Origin: Yuukianura sp. NJ FZ-2021
Lineage: Eukaryota
DNA length: 64,000 nt
Reading direction: 5' to 3'
Assembly: GCA_046563655.1 (NCBI GenBank)
Contig: CM102285.1
Location: forward strand, 4,340,001-4,404,000
This document shows, piece by piece, positions 27,760 through 40,587 of this stretch. The notes beneath the pieces were generated by a model. That model was not told the origin of the DNA, ran no database searches, and saw only the letters and a program-made list of their open reading frames with translations. Position 1 is the first letter of the stretch, and each line of letters begins with the position of its first letter. The position numbers and the translations under genes are program-made.

Positions 27760-28507
27760 AGCAGCAAGCGCAATTAAAATTAACTTTTCCTCAAGAAATC
27801 CAATGTATCCTGCTACGTCCTGTCCATTATCACTCAACGAATATGGTACAATATAAGAACATCTAAATTTCTCGTAGATTACTAAAAGTCACGAAGTCTT
27901 TTCAATCTCAAACACTGCCATACGTTTGTTTGTAGACTAGACATGTTTCAAATTGTTGAAGTGAGCTCCCGTCCGGGACTCGTGGAGATTTAAGAGTAGT
28001 CACGTAATGCAATAACGTTTCGGTTATTGTAGTACATCATTTTTCTTGCAACGGTAGCACACCATTGGTTTTGGTTTGGTTCTAAAAATTGTATTTGAAT
28101 TATTGAATTAAAGAGAATTGGATCCCAGAACCAATTGGATTTGAACCAATAACGTGTTGCGTATGGTTCCAACTTTAGCCCCGAAAAACCGAACCGGAAG
28201 AAATGATAGCCATTCCGAAACCTTAAACCTTTCTGGTTTGATTCAACTTTGGCTAGCGAAGTTAAATTTCTAAATATGTCCTTAGTATTGTTAATAAAAT
28301 CCTGTGGAGCGAATTTTTAAAAGTTTATCGTCAAATAAATGTTTCTGATGTCTGATGAGATGAGAATACCGAATGACCTCATCAACTCATCTATTGTAAC
28401 TCAACAGTTATTGAGAAAACTTTAAAAAGACGAGGAGCTTGGAGGATTGGCAGTGGCGGGATATTTGAAACCAGACTTTTTTTTTCCAAATATCACATTG
28501 GTTTTTG

Positions 28508-29775
28508 GGTTGAGTTACGCCAACGAGCGTCATTGTAGCCAAACAGTGTAGCCACTCCTGTCGTTTTGTGTGACAGGCTACACCTCGATGGCATCATTGG
28601 TAGCCGCTCTAGCCTAGTAACCAAATGTACCCTCAAGTGGCAACATAAACAGCCGCTTAGTGAACAGTCACCGAAACCCTGTATGGTCTTAATAGGACTA
28701 AGACCCCCTCCAGCCGCGAAGCGGCTGGGCAGACCCCCTCTACCCCCGGCGCGAAGCGCCGGGGCAGACCCCCTCTACCCCAAGCGCGGAGCGCCTGGGC
28801 AGACCCCCTCTATCGTCCTCGTTTAGCCTATCTTTGGTGAGTTTTCGGCTCGAAACTCAATTTTTCTTCCCGCCTACGGCGGGAAGTCTGTTTCTGGACA
28901 GATTTTGCGGCTCTAATCACGATTTTTCTTCCCGCCTACGGCGGGAAGTCTGTTTCTGAACAGATTTTCCGGGTTTAAGCTCGATTTTTCTTCCCGCCTA
29001 CGGCGGGAAGTCTGTTTCTGGACAGATTTTCCGGCTTTAAGCTCGATTTTTCTTGTAGCCTACGGCAGAAAACCTGTTTCCGATTTTCAAAATAAACGAA
29101 AACTTAGCTTACATGGCCGGATGTCCGAATAGTCGAGATGTCGTCACCCCTTTTAGAGGTAGGGGGTCATGTTGATCCTGGTCGGAGCTTTGCGGGGTGG
29201 AAATCATTTTTTGAATGCTAAAATCAAAAAATTTCTCGCGCCTAGCGGCGCGACTGCTGTGTGCTTTATCTCTCATATTCTCTCCCGGCTGGCGGGGTCA
29301 AATGCAACTTTCGGGCTAGAAAATCAAAAAAACGTCGCGCCTAACGGCGCGATTTTGTAATTTCTAACTGATTTGAACACGATTTGCGGTTTCAGAAGTG
29401 ATTTTTCAAGTTACAAAATCAAAAAACGTCGCGCCTGGCGGCGCGATTTGGTTTTTTCAAGCCATTTTCGACCCGATCTGCCGGTTATCAAGTGACTTTT
29501 AAGATGAAAAATCCAAAAACCTTCGCGCCTAGCGGCGCGATTTGCTGCTCTGATTTAGGGTGTTAGAAGTCGATTTGGTGGTTAATATCAATGAAAGAAG
29601 ATCTCCGCATGTAAATATCTGAACGCATTTGTATCCCCCGATTTTTGGTCGCTGGGAAGACCCCCTCCACGAAAACCAGAGGTTTCGGTGACTGTTAGTG
29701 AAGCCATTGTAGCCGCAAGTATCAAAGTCGTTACACTTACGGCTACAATCACGTTCGTTAAACCTTACTTCAACC
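28508..29775. mobile_element. Older element of the 25522 family, interrupted by a nested hAT-like MITE
   Basis: Termini GGTTGAG..CATTGTAGCC and GGCTACAAT..TTCAACC resemble the 25522 element; no TSD found. Confidence 0.55.
28665..29694. mobile_element. hAT-like MITE with perfect 8-bp TSD and palindromic internal tandem repeats
   Basis: TTAGTGAA|CAGTCACCGAAACC ... GGTTTCGGTGACTG|TTAGTGAA. Internal ~62-bp units carry TTCCCGCCTACGGCGGGAA; four TCGCGCCTAGCGGCGCGA-type hairpins follow. Confidence 0.88.
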
Positions 29776-30685
29776 TATTTTACTTTTTTAAGTTTTTGTT
29801 TTTATCTTTTTTTCATACTCCGTCTCATCCTCACTGTTGTCCTTTTCGTTCGAGTCTATAAGACTACAAGGTGAGAGGATAGGGTTTTTGCCTAGTAAGT
29901 TCTGAATTTGCGAATTTCGGTGTCTGCTCGTTCCGTTTTCGGTCGATTGGCGCTCTGGAATATTATAATAATGTGCATCTTTCTGTAGCGCCTTCGGTAC
30001 AGGACACTTACTTGTAAACACGGAGGTAGGTGTGTCATCTGTTACTCGGCAGTCGGCACTTCGTCAGTCACTTATCGCTGAATCCAAAGGTAACGTAACT
30101 AAAACTCTTTCAAGGTCATTATTCGATTCCACCAGAACTGTGTCGGCTTAATTGGCGACCTAACCTAACCTAACAAATGCCAACGTAACCTACTGTCTTT
30201 GCATAACTACTGAACCTAATTAATACACGCAGTTAGTTACTTTTGCATATTCGAAACTCTAATTTTGTGCCTTATTTTTAATCCTTAACAACAGTTGACA
30301 TCGGCTTTAGCAACACAAAGATACTCATCGAGGCAACATCTGACTGTGACGAGAATTCGTTTCAAACATTGCAGACTTGTTTAAAAGACGAATAATTCAT
30401 CGTTAATATCCATGTAATCAATTTCGGGAATTCATTTTCATCGTTTTCACAACGGTGTTCTCGTAAGAGCTACAATGCTGCGAGGATGTTAAGAATTTGA
30501 GACACTCCATTTGATTTGAAGTAAGTATAGCAGAAAGTAAGTTCAATCAAACCAACAAGCTAAAGCATTATTTACTGGTTGAGCCGCTGTTCGCTTGCTT
30601 GACCATTCACCAATCGTTATCATTATCAAATAACTATTATCCTATTTTTTCAGGCTTCCAAATCCAGCCAAGCCAACTACTAAAG

Positions 30686-31435
30686 ATGACCGAAAACTTA
30701 AATAAACGCCCTAGGAAATCTATTCTAAAGTCAAGTTCCAGCTTTGACAAGCCAGCGCAGGCTCAGGCTGCTGCTATTATACTTGAGCACTCTAATGCGT
30801 AAGATACGTTATCTATACGTTCTTGTATTTTTATTCAACTCTTTAATCTTGTTGAACCTTCTGGGACTTACGAATTACAGTATAGTAAGTGAGTTCTTAT
30901 CATTGTTTGGTTTATGCCCTAAAAGAATATTTTGTTGTTTATAGAAAGTGTACCAAATTTGATGAAATGAATATCATACAGACGCTTCATCCTCCAGACA
31001 AGGATTACGGCCACATGAAAATAGAAGAGCCAAAAACTCCTTTCAGATATTTAGAAGAAAACAGCGAAAGTTTGGACGCTGAAGTATTAAAAGAAAGGTA
31101 AGGTCGCCGTCTAAAATTTTTTCGACATATTTTTACAGTTGTACAGTTTGATTGAATTTTGTAGGATCTCTTCCAAATTAAACTCTCCACCACGCGGAGC
31201 GGCCAGTGGAGACTGGGAAGATTCGGCGGAAAGTGAGGAAGAAGACGAAGAAGTCAGTGAAGAAAAGAAAGTATTTGAGTCTAAGCGAAAGGCGCATTAC
31301 AATGAGTATTCTGCCGTCAAGTTGGCCAGAAAGCTAATGGAAGAAGATGAAGAAGAGGACGGTGACGAAGGAAATCCTGAAGGGGCTGTCAAGTTTATTC
31401 CTTCCGAAGAAGTGGAAATCATGGAGGAAACTTAG
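30686..31435 (+). CDS. PPP1R2: Protein phosphatase 1 inhibitor-2; 3 exons
   Basis: KSILK motif, [41 protein letters not shown], acidic tail. Confidence 0.95.
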
Positions 31436-32047
31436 AGGCAAGGTTGTTTCAATCACTCACGTATTTTAAACGATTTTAGGCAATTAACTTAGAACAGAAA
31501 AGCTTTTATTTATAGTTTTCTCAGTCTTCCCAACAGTCTTTTCTTTGTTCCATCTGTCAAATCCAAATCCAAGGTATAAACATAAAGTTGCAGAGCGACC
31601 GTTTTATGCCAAAATTGTAACGTTAATATTGTGTCTGTGTCTGTTGTCGGAGGACGTTACAACAAAAGATGTGTAACTCTTTAAAAACAAAGCATGTGCG
31701 GACTAATCCTTCAATTTTAGAAATCTTGAACTCAATTCCTCGGTATCTAAAATTTAATGTAATTTTGTAAATCTAATTCAGCTGATTACAGTTCAAGTCA
31801 ATGTATAAAATGTTTAGCAAGAGCAACACATTGAGGCTTTTTGTAGGGATTTTGTCGACTGGTATACACGCGTTTTAGAACTGAACCTACACGTATTGTA
31901 ATATTTACTTAGACTGTCAAATTTTTGCCGATAAACTAACTAGAGATTTACCGTTTCCGAACTTTATTCATGTTTTTTTTTTGCAAGATCGGGGTTGCAA
32001 TTTCATTTTTTCATTGGAAATATTTAGCAGCATGTTGCAGGTTTTGA

Positions 32048-33545
32048 TTAGTAGTAGACGGGATTGTCATGCGCAAAGTGATGTTCGTACTCGAACGGCT
32101 CGTACTTTTGGTAATGCTGGACCAAATCATCGTCGTAGCTGCCAAGAGAGCGCTCGTATCCCCCGTATCCAATTAATTCTCCTCCTCTGTAAACTTTCTT
32201 TGCATAGTCTAGAGGTCAATCAACATTACAATTTTTAGTTTTTGCCTCGTTGAGTTCTCCCGTGCACATGCAATTTGCAATCTTTTGTTGTTACTAAATT
32301 TTTAATTCAGGTCGTAAACTGTTATGGCGAACATGAAAATCAATGCCGAAATCTTAAGATCTCTTCAATGGTAGTGGTAGTATTTCAAGCGTTTTGTGCG
32401 AAACGTTGTTGTCAGAAAAATGTTTTCGAACTCTACGTATTTGATGTAATGACGAGAATTTATGAAAGTAGAAGTGAAATGTAGATTTTGCGCATCCGAC
32501 TTACCATACTGTGGCCAACCATTCCATCCTAGAATCCAAATGATTTTTTTAAGAATATGCATTGTTGTAATATTTTTGATTAACATATTTTTGAGTTATT
32601 CAGTTTTCTTTATGCGCTGTAGTTAACACTACCAGCAACAAATTAAATTAAATGTGCACATTTTTACCTCCATAATCACCGCCCCATCCTAGAAAAAGCA
32701 TTTTATATTTCGTTTAGAAGCGTTTTTGGAGTATACGGAGAATGTAGAAAGTTAAAATTACCCCATCCACCGCCTCCGTAGCCTCCATAGCCATGTCCTA
32801 CGGATTTGAAATTTAAACTTACAGTTTCACTGTAGTTTGTATGTTTACAGACTTTTTGGAACTTTCTCAGTACGTTTAAGTAACATACCACCATAGCCTC
32901 CGTGACTTCCTCCATAGCCGCCTGTAAATACAAAATTTAAACACCGATTGGTTTCAGTGTAGTTCGTACGTTTGCCGACGTTTTAGAACTTTTACGGTAA
33001 GTTAAGGCACTTACCACCATAACCTCCATGGCTTCCTCCATAGCCGCCTGTAAAATTGAAATGGTTTACATTTAGTTTAAGAAATCAATAACTTTTGTAA
33101 ACAATTTGGAAACAAGCGTTATGAAAACTTACGCCAACCCCAACCTCCTTTACTGATTGTCACTGAAATTGAAAATAACTTTAGTCAGATGGAATACATT
33201 TGATGAAAGCCAACAGATTTTGGTTAGTAGGTTAGCCTAGGCTTAGGTTAGCCAAACTGAAAGTACTTTGTTTGTAACTTACGAGTGTGCGTAGTCGGAC
33301 GCCGCCATCCCCATCCTCTTCTTAAGAAAATCCTGGGTTGTCGCTCTGTCGAGATGTCTTGGGGTGACGAAAAAGCGAACAGCGTCGCCAATACTACTCC
33401 AATACACTGCGAAATAGGCAAAAAGCTTAATTCATATTCAATCAAAACTTTTCTGAAGTCAAAAGAGTGAAAACGCAGATTCGAAAGAGAAATTTTGCTG
33501 TATGTACGGCAAGAGCAAGAATCAAATTACCAGGAAAGTGTTCAT
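32048..33545 (-). CDS. Secreted Gly/Tyr/Trp-rich protein A; 9 exons including six of 21-36 nt
   Basis: MNTFL|CIGVVLATLFAFSSPQDISTERQPRIFLRRGWGWRRP; Gly-rich micro-exons; last exon DYAKKVYRGGELIGYGGYERSLGSYDDD..YEPFEYEHHFAHDNPVYY*. Confidence 0.8.
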
Positions 33546-34009
33546 GCTTTCACCCTGCGCGAAACAATGAATACTGGATCACTATGATTTGATTAGTTAC
33601 TGGACTTCACCTTAAGCAGCGTGTCTTCCAGTTCACCAGGATTTATGAACTAATCATTAAGAATGAACTCCGACCAACTGAACAAGTTTTACTTTGTAAA
33701 GGGGTGGAGTCTATTGTGTATTAAAGCAAGGTTGTGACAACTATTTTCCCCTATTCACTCCGAAAATGCAATCTTGATTCTTGATTAAACACTGAGCACT
33801 TCTACAGCAGAAACGATAATGTCATCCAACCCACAACATCCAATGTCCTGCGGATCTTTACTTCTTGTAAGCGTCTCATGAATTATTCAAAATTTTCTGA
33901 ATACTGGATTTGCAAGAGTCGAAGTTGCGACAGGTAGGGTAATTAAGTTGACGAGTAACAACATAAATACAGCGAGTAATAAAATATTTTCCATCTTATA
34001 AACGGTTTT

Positions 34010-34022
34010 TGGTCAGTGATCC
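34010..34022. promoter_or_regulatory. Candidate ecdysone response element (IR1) upstream of gene A
   Basis: TGGTCA-G-TGATCC, conserved at the equivalent position upstream of paralog B. Confidence 0.35.
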
Positions 34023-34573
34023 CAAGAGACTCGTCTATCATTTTGAAGTTGCGGGAACCGAATCAGTGTAATATTACACAATTGACAATTGCAAATTTTA
34101 CGATTTCGATTGAAAGTTACGGCAATCGATTACTATTGAAATTGCGATTACGAGCAATTGAAAATCGTCTGAATTTGTACAGCCTAACCTAACATAAAAA
34201 AGTGTCTTGCACACTCTCCAATAAACTACAATATCCATTGTAGCGTCCTTCAACGTTGCGGGAGTGGGTTGAAATTGCAAATTGCCATTACCTAATGTTA
34301 CAAAATTATGATTTAATCCATATTCCATAAACGAATCAAGTAGTTTAAGTAATGCTTTTGTAGAACTTTTTTCGTGCGTTTTATTATGTCGACTAGCTAG
34401 AACGCGTTTTAGGATTTAACCCATACGCAACTTCCATTCGAATTCTGGCGCCGCCGATTACCGGGAAAATGTACTGTTTCTGCATTTTATTCAATTTGTT
34501 GTACCACTCTTTCTACCGCTCAAAGTTACAATATCATTGCTAATATTTGACAGTGAACTGGAGGTTTTTGCGT

Positions 34574-36080
34574 TTAGTAATACGGATGAGGATAATCATG
34601 AGCAAAGTGAGGTTCATATTCGAAAGGAGCGTAGTTTTCAGGATGGTGGTAAGGATGGCCGACAACATCATCGTCATAACCTCCAATGGCTCGCTCGTAT
34701 CCACCATATCCGCCTCCATAACCGCCTTTGTGTCCCTTCTTTCCACCATATCCACCTAAAAGTTAAGGTAAACGTCAGAATGTTTTGTTTCCAGGACTTT
34801 GGTCGCTGAAAACAAGGCCTCAGAAGCCTTTTGACCTTTTTGTTAGTCTGATTCGGAAACAAAGATTTCGACAATAATGGTTTTGAATTTTGAAATAAAT
34901 TATAAGAAACGTGTCATTTGAAAACTAAATTTCAAATTATAAAGGACTACGTTTGGAAATGAAAGAAAACAGAAAAGTCGAATTTAGAGTCGTGCGAATC
35001 AAACTTACCACCGTACGATGGCCAACCCCATCCTGGAAATCAAATGATTTCTTATATAATCCATAACGACACATTTTTAAACACATTTTTCCGTAATTAA
35101 CTTTAGGTTCAAACAAAATATTTTTAGTATCGACGCTCGTACCTCCGCCGTAGCCTCCACCGAAGCCTCCTCCATAGCCACCACCGCCCCATCCTGAAAA
35201 CGTTTCAGATAATTTTGAAACGAATTGATTTTTAGACCGTATAGGTAATTTTAACGTTAATGTTACCCCATCCACCACCTCCGTAACCTCCATGACCTCC
35301 GAATCCTCCCTGACCTCCGAATCCGTGACCTCCGAATCCGTGTCCGCCGAATCCGTGTCCACCGAATCCATGGCCACCGAATCCGTGTCCATGACCATGA
35401 CCATGACCATGACCTCCAAACCCATGACCTACACATTTGACACCCAAATGAATCATCCACCACATCCAAATTGACACATTAATTTTCTAGCGTCGAAAGC
35501 TTTGGGCGGATCTGTGAGTTACTTACCGCCACCATAACCTCCGTAACCGCCGTCTAGAAATAATGAAAGGTTCAATTAAAGAATTTTCTTTGAATTTGGC
35601 TAATTTTGAAAACTATGATCAAAAATGTTTAGTAGCAAAAACTTACCCCAACCCCAACCTTTACTGATTGTCACTGAAAATTTAATGCAATTGTTTAAAA
35701 TTAGCACGTTTTCGCGAAATTTTTAACACCGAGTTGATATTATTCAGCTATTAATTTTGTTTACAGCGTCTGGCTTACCATGTTCAATTGGTCGTCGCCA
35801 CCCCCATCCTCTATTGAAGAAAAGCTTAGGTTCTCGGTCTGTCGGAATGTCTTGTTGCGATGAAAAAGCGAACAACGTCGCCAACACTATTGCCACGTAC
35901 TGCAAAATACATAAAAACCACACAAGTAAATTAAAATTCAAGAAGCCGATTTAAATCAAATTACAAACAGAAAGTTTTTATGGAGAAAGTTGAAAAAAGA
36001 AAAGTAGGAAAGAAAAGTTGAAAAATGGAAAGTAGAAAAAAGAAGGAAATTGTAGAATCGCTTACCAGGAAAGTGTTCAT
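34574..36080 (-). CDS. Secreted Gly/His/Tyr-rich protein B (paralog of A); 8 exons
   Basis: MNTFL|YVAIVLATLFAFSSQQDIPTDREPKLFFNRGWGWRRP; (GHGFG)n repeats; last exon GGYGGKKGHKGG..YERAIGGYDDD..YAPFEYEPHFAHDYPHPYY*. Confidence 0.82.
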
Positions 36081-36562
36081 GTTTTCACCGTTTGGAAAAC
36101 AATGAATACTGGAAGGTACCACTTTAGCGGACTTGAACAGATATAAAATAGACCTCACTGTAGAGAATCTCAGTCATCCAAATCACACCGATTTATGAAC
36201 TATGAATGCCCTCCGACCGGTGAAATAACTTTCCTTTTATAAGAGGGTGGAGTTAGTGCCCTCAACAAAATCGGACAGTATTTCCCACCTCTCCGCAAAT
36301 TGAGCACCGGACACCTCTGAAGCCAAAACAACGGGTCCATCCAACCCCCGCCCCAATTTCATTCCAAACATCTAATGTCCAAAACATCTTATTTCTTGAA
36401 GCGTCGGACCTCCTCCTTCGGCTCATGAATAATTCAACGTGCGCAGAATACCGGATTTCCAAGAGTTCGGAGTCTTGGCAGGGTAATTAAGTTGATGAGT
36501 AATAGTATACAACAAATAACAACATTTTATATATAAAAAATGTTAATCTTACGGTTGGCTTT

Positions 36563-36575
36563 AGGTCAGTGATCC
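36563..36575. promoter_or_regulatory. Candidate ecdysone response element (IR1) upstream of gene B
   Basis: AGGTCA-G-TGATCC, one mismatch to RGKTCA-N-TGAMCY. Confidence 0.4.
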
Positions 36576-37789
36576 CGCAGAGATATCCAACATCAACCTG
36601 ACTTTCCAGGAGAAGAAGATTAGCTGCGTTCTCGTGTTTGACGAAGATCTCGTCTGCAATTCTCAATGGACTGCTCGAAAAAAAAATCTCCTTGAAACCT
36701 GTTTTAAATTAATGCAGAGCGTATTCATCTTTAATCGGATTAAGAAATGGTTGGACTTGCGTTGAACAATCATTTCAAATATCTAGCAATTTTTCGCATT
36801 TTCATCTGAAACTTGATCTCGATGTTCCCCTATCCGTCTTCAATAAGTATCGCAAAACAGCATCATTGCTCGAATCGTTTTGCTTTTCCACGAGAAGTGA
36901 AATGTAAAAATTAAATTATCTCTGTACTGTGTACTGTGTCTGAGTGTCAGACAAATCTGACAGCACTTTTACTTCCGGGAAAGGATTTGTGATGGGCAGT
37001 GGGCAGCTTCGTTCAAGCGTCATAGCATAGCAGACCAATACCCTCACGATTGTCATTGGGATCCAACGAGGTCCATTGCTTCAGTTAGTTTTAATGTTGA
37101 ATAAGCGAGTTCAACAGGAGGCAATGACCAGGAAAATGGACTGACAGTGGTTGCCCTTCATCGAGATTGCTTCTCTAGCTTCATCAAAACAAGTCTTCTT
37201 CTTTTTTTGTTGAAATGATCTGAAACATCTGAAAAAGAAAATTGCAATTAGGAATCTTACTCTGAACTCGGGACGTGGTCAATAACCACTAAAAAGTTGG
37301 TAAACAGAAATTAGGAGAACAAACCTGCAGAAGGTTAGCTTCTGAACAATCCCGAAACTTCAAAAACTTCTTATTCCGAAATTCCGTTTGCCTAATACTC
37401 GGAAAAATTAGTTTTCAATTATACTCAACGAAATTTCAAGCAAGAATTAAATAGGCAGATTCAAATCGAACATGAACGTGCTTACGATTGACATGGAGTT
37501 GCGATTTACAAATTTGAGAACACTTACAAATCAGCGGTTTCGTCGTACTAAAAACTTTAATCTGATTTTTAACGGAGGGAAAAAATTAGTCAAGTATTTC
37601 CGAACTTTCGTGAAACCTAATTTCTAAAAGGGATAGAAATATTTATAAATATTCTTAACGTAGACCGCTCTTCTCGTCATAAATTCATTCCTTACTAACG
37701 ACATAGAGAGTGATTTCAATCCTCTGCCTCTGTATGGTTACCAGACACTTATATCGGTGGTATTAAGCAAATGCACTCTGGACTAAGCA

Positions 37790-39643
37790 TTAGTCATCCA
37801 CCTTTTCAAACATGAAAGCGATGTACAGGGTCACGGCTTCCCATTCTGACTTCGCCAAAGTACCAAAGTGTCGCCCACCAGATTGGCCGTCGTTGTAAAG
37901 CTGTTCGGCATGACTATACTCGTACACAGTATCACGGAATGCGAGTGCATTCCCCTGAGAAGCAGGATATGTCTGAAAATCCATAAACAATTTGAGATTA
38001 TGTATTAAAGAAGGTGATTGTTCCCGCCAGTCGGTTCACGAAATATTTCTATTCTTTCTGTCCAGTAACCCTTTAGGTTTTATATTATATACATTATTTA
38101 GAATAACGAAGCATTTTGAATTGCTTACCTCTAGAGCACACATGCGTTCCAGCAAGAAGTGACCTTCGTTTTGCTTCTGATGATAGTACTCATCAAATGT
38201 CTTTTGAAACACCAATCGCAGCCCGTAGCGCCTTGCCAATCTGTTATACACCACATAAAATGTTATAAGCGAAAGCGATATGCTATTGATATATCGGTTA
38301 AAGGCTAGTAAATAAAAGAATTAAAATAAGCTTCATAGTGCTGGTTGCAAGTGTAGTTTGTTACCTTTCCAGTGTGCCGAAATGGACAAGAAACTCTGGG
38401 CAATTGACGACATCCTCAAGCCTGAAGAAATATTTGGCACCAAACATAGGGTACGGTTCGCTGCATTCAAAATCCACACGGAAAATCGGATTCCCAAAGC
38501 TTCCAAGCTGCCCTGCAGGAGTTGACGCTCGAGCTTGACGCCTGCGTTAATAACATTGATTCACTAAAGGCAAGTTTGGAAATCCTTCATACTCAAACAG
38601 GGTGAGTAAGTAAGAACATTGTCAATTCCATTTGGAATTGACACTTACACAATACGATGCGCGTTTGGAATTGTGCCGATGAAATATCCTCCAGTCCTCA
38701 GGTTCTCGGCGACATTACGGAGCATGACTTTTGCTTGAGGAAGAGACTCAAATGAGTAATGAAACGAAAATTGAATACTGACGAGGTCAAACTGAATTTC
38801 CGGATTTCTATATCTATCTCGTAGGCGTTCCTACAGAACAGTGATAGTGACACAAGATTAGAATTATATTTAGTATGTTCCAGTATAATACCTATTGAAG
38901 AAAACGAAAACACCGACTTACTTTGGTACAGTCGGCAGTAATAAATTCGGCACTGAAAGGTTTCTCGTTCCTATGGCGCAGTTGCTGAGGCTGGCGCATC
39001 TTGTCTTCCACTACTTTAGTATAGCGTTCTTTGCATTGCTGCATTGATACATCAGCAATGTCTGCGAAGATTATGTGTTTACAGGCGTTTGATTTTAACC
39101 ATTTGATCATATCCCCGCCTTTGCCGCAACACATGTCCAGGATTGTCAAGTCCAAGTTTGATGTGCTTTGGCGCAAGCGTTGAATAGCATCATCTGAAAC
39201 ATTTGTTGGAAGTAAGTGTTTTTGTAAACTCCTTGTAATGGCTTATAGTATAAGGTAAAATACTATCGTGACGAAGCAATAAACGCTGTTTTTAAATCCA
39301 ATGTTCAAAAATACTGTATTCGATGAAAGAACAAGTCTAACTCCGAAGTCAGATGTCACGATAATACCTTTTAAGCGTGGGACTTTACAATGATAATCTT
39401 ACTGATGAGCATAGTTTTAATCCAGTTGTTGAAGTTTCGCATGTGATAAATCTGCGAGTCCGCCCGAGCTTCAATTCCCTTCTCTTGAATTTCGTTGTAA
39501 TGTTTCGCAACGACGGATCCAAGACCGTCCTCTCCCTTGAAACGTTTGTCAACACCATCTGCATCTTCTCGAAAAGCATCCGGCTTCCTCTTCCTGGTCT
39601 GACCAAACGAGTCGTCGTCACGATCACCCCTCGGATAGCTCAT
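37790..39643 (-). CDS. RNMT: mRNA cap guanine-N7 methyltransferase (multi-exon)
   Basis: VAKHYNE..MRNFNNWIK, ILDMCCGKGGDMIKW, DIADVS, AEFITADC, SSQFSFHYSFES, FIGTIPN, PMFGAKYFFRLE-VVNCPEFLV, GTLAKSEWEAVTLYIAFMFEK. Start ATG is tentative. Confidence 0.94.
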
Positions 39644-40249
39644 CTTTGTTCTGGAAGCATAATTCAATTAATTTACTCAGATAGTTACACAGATAAAATA
39701 AAAATAGCGTCTCACCCTTCTTCTTTGAGAAAAGAATCGTCTTTTTTAGAAAAAGTTCATCGACTCTACACCATTCGCCCTCCGCCTGTAATGGTAGGGA
39801 TGGTAGTATCCAAAAACCGGAACAGTTAAATCGTTGTAAACCTTCTTAAACTTTAAATCTGATAACGGTTGCGAATTACCTTATCAGTAAAAACGATTGC
39901 AAAACAAACTGACACACTTTCGAGTTTCAACAACTGAAACGCCTAATCCTTCGTCTTCGTCTTCAAGTCCATATGCATGTAATGAAATGAACTGTAATCA
40001 CTGAGAATTACTACTACTAATTTCCCGTTAGTTTTTCGGTTGACATGCACCGAAACAGCACCCGTTGTGGCCATATGTGTAACAGCAACTTTTTTCCAAC
40101 TCTGTTGAACGTAAACGGAACAATGTCGAATATATCCACATTCTCAGCTGAAGTAAGTGGCTAAAATAGGTGGTTACAAGTAGGAAGAAAAATTACAAAA
40201 ACTACTCTTTACTTACCCTAACCACAAAATTTCATGTAAATGAGTACTA

Positions 40250-40348
40250 CCGTGGGGTCATTTGCTAACAAGAAAAACTTTTCCCGCGACCCTTTTAACT
40301 CGATGAGAAAATTTGAAAACTTTTTCTTGTTAGCAAATGACCCCACGG
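40250..40348. mobile_element. Small MITE, TA flanks
   Basis: TA|CCGTGGGGTCATTTGCTAACAAGAAAAA ... TTTTTCTTGTTAGCAAATGACCCCACGG|TA. Confidence 0.8.
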
Positions 40349-40400
40349 TAATATAACTGCATATTTTAAGTTGCAAATTAGTATCCACTCTGCGGTTATA

Positions 40401-40587
40401 CAGAGGCTTTCAGAAGTACTGTCCTATTGTCGTAACGAGTTGAGAGGCGCTTTCCTCTTTTTCCCTCAACTTTTGTTGCACTCCAAGCACTAAACCTTAT
40501 GACGGGGTTAGAGAAAAGTTGAGAGAAAAAGCGAAAAGCGCCTCTCGAGTCCTTACGACAATAGGACAGTACTTCTGAAACGCTCTG
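40401..40587. mobile_element. Tc1/mariner-type MITE, TA flanks
   Basis: TA|CAGAGGCTTTCAGAAGTACTGTCCTATTGTCGTAA ... TTACGACAATAGGACAGTACTTCTGAAACGCTCTG|TA. Confidence 0.8.

Noticed and set aside
28860..29540. Regularly spaced palindromic repeats resembling a CRISPR array
   Set aside because: The spacers are themselves repeated, the array lies inside a TIR/TSD-bounded eukaryotic MITE, and no cas genes are present.
36590..37400. GC-richer exon-like patches downstream of RNMT
   Set aside because: No sustained ORF or recognisable motif; likely UTR or non-coding.
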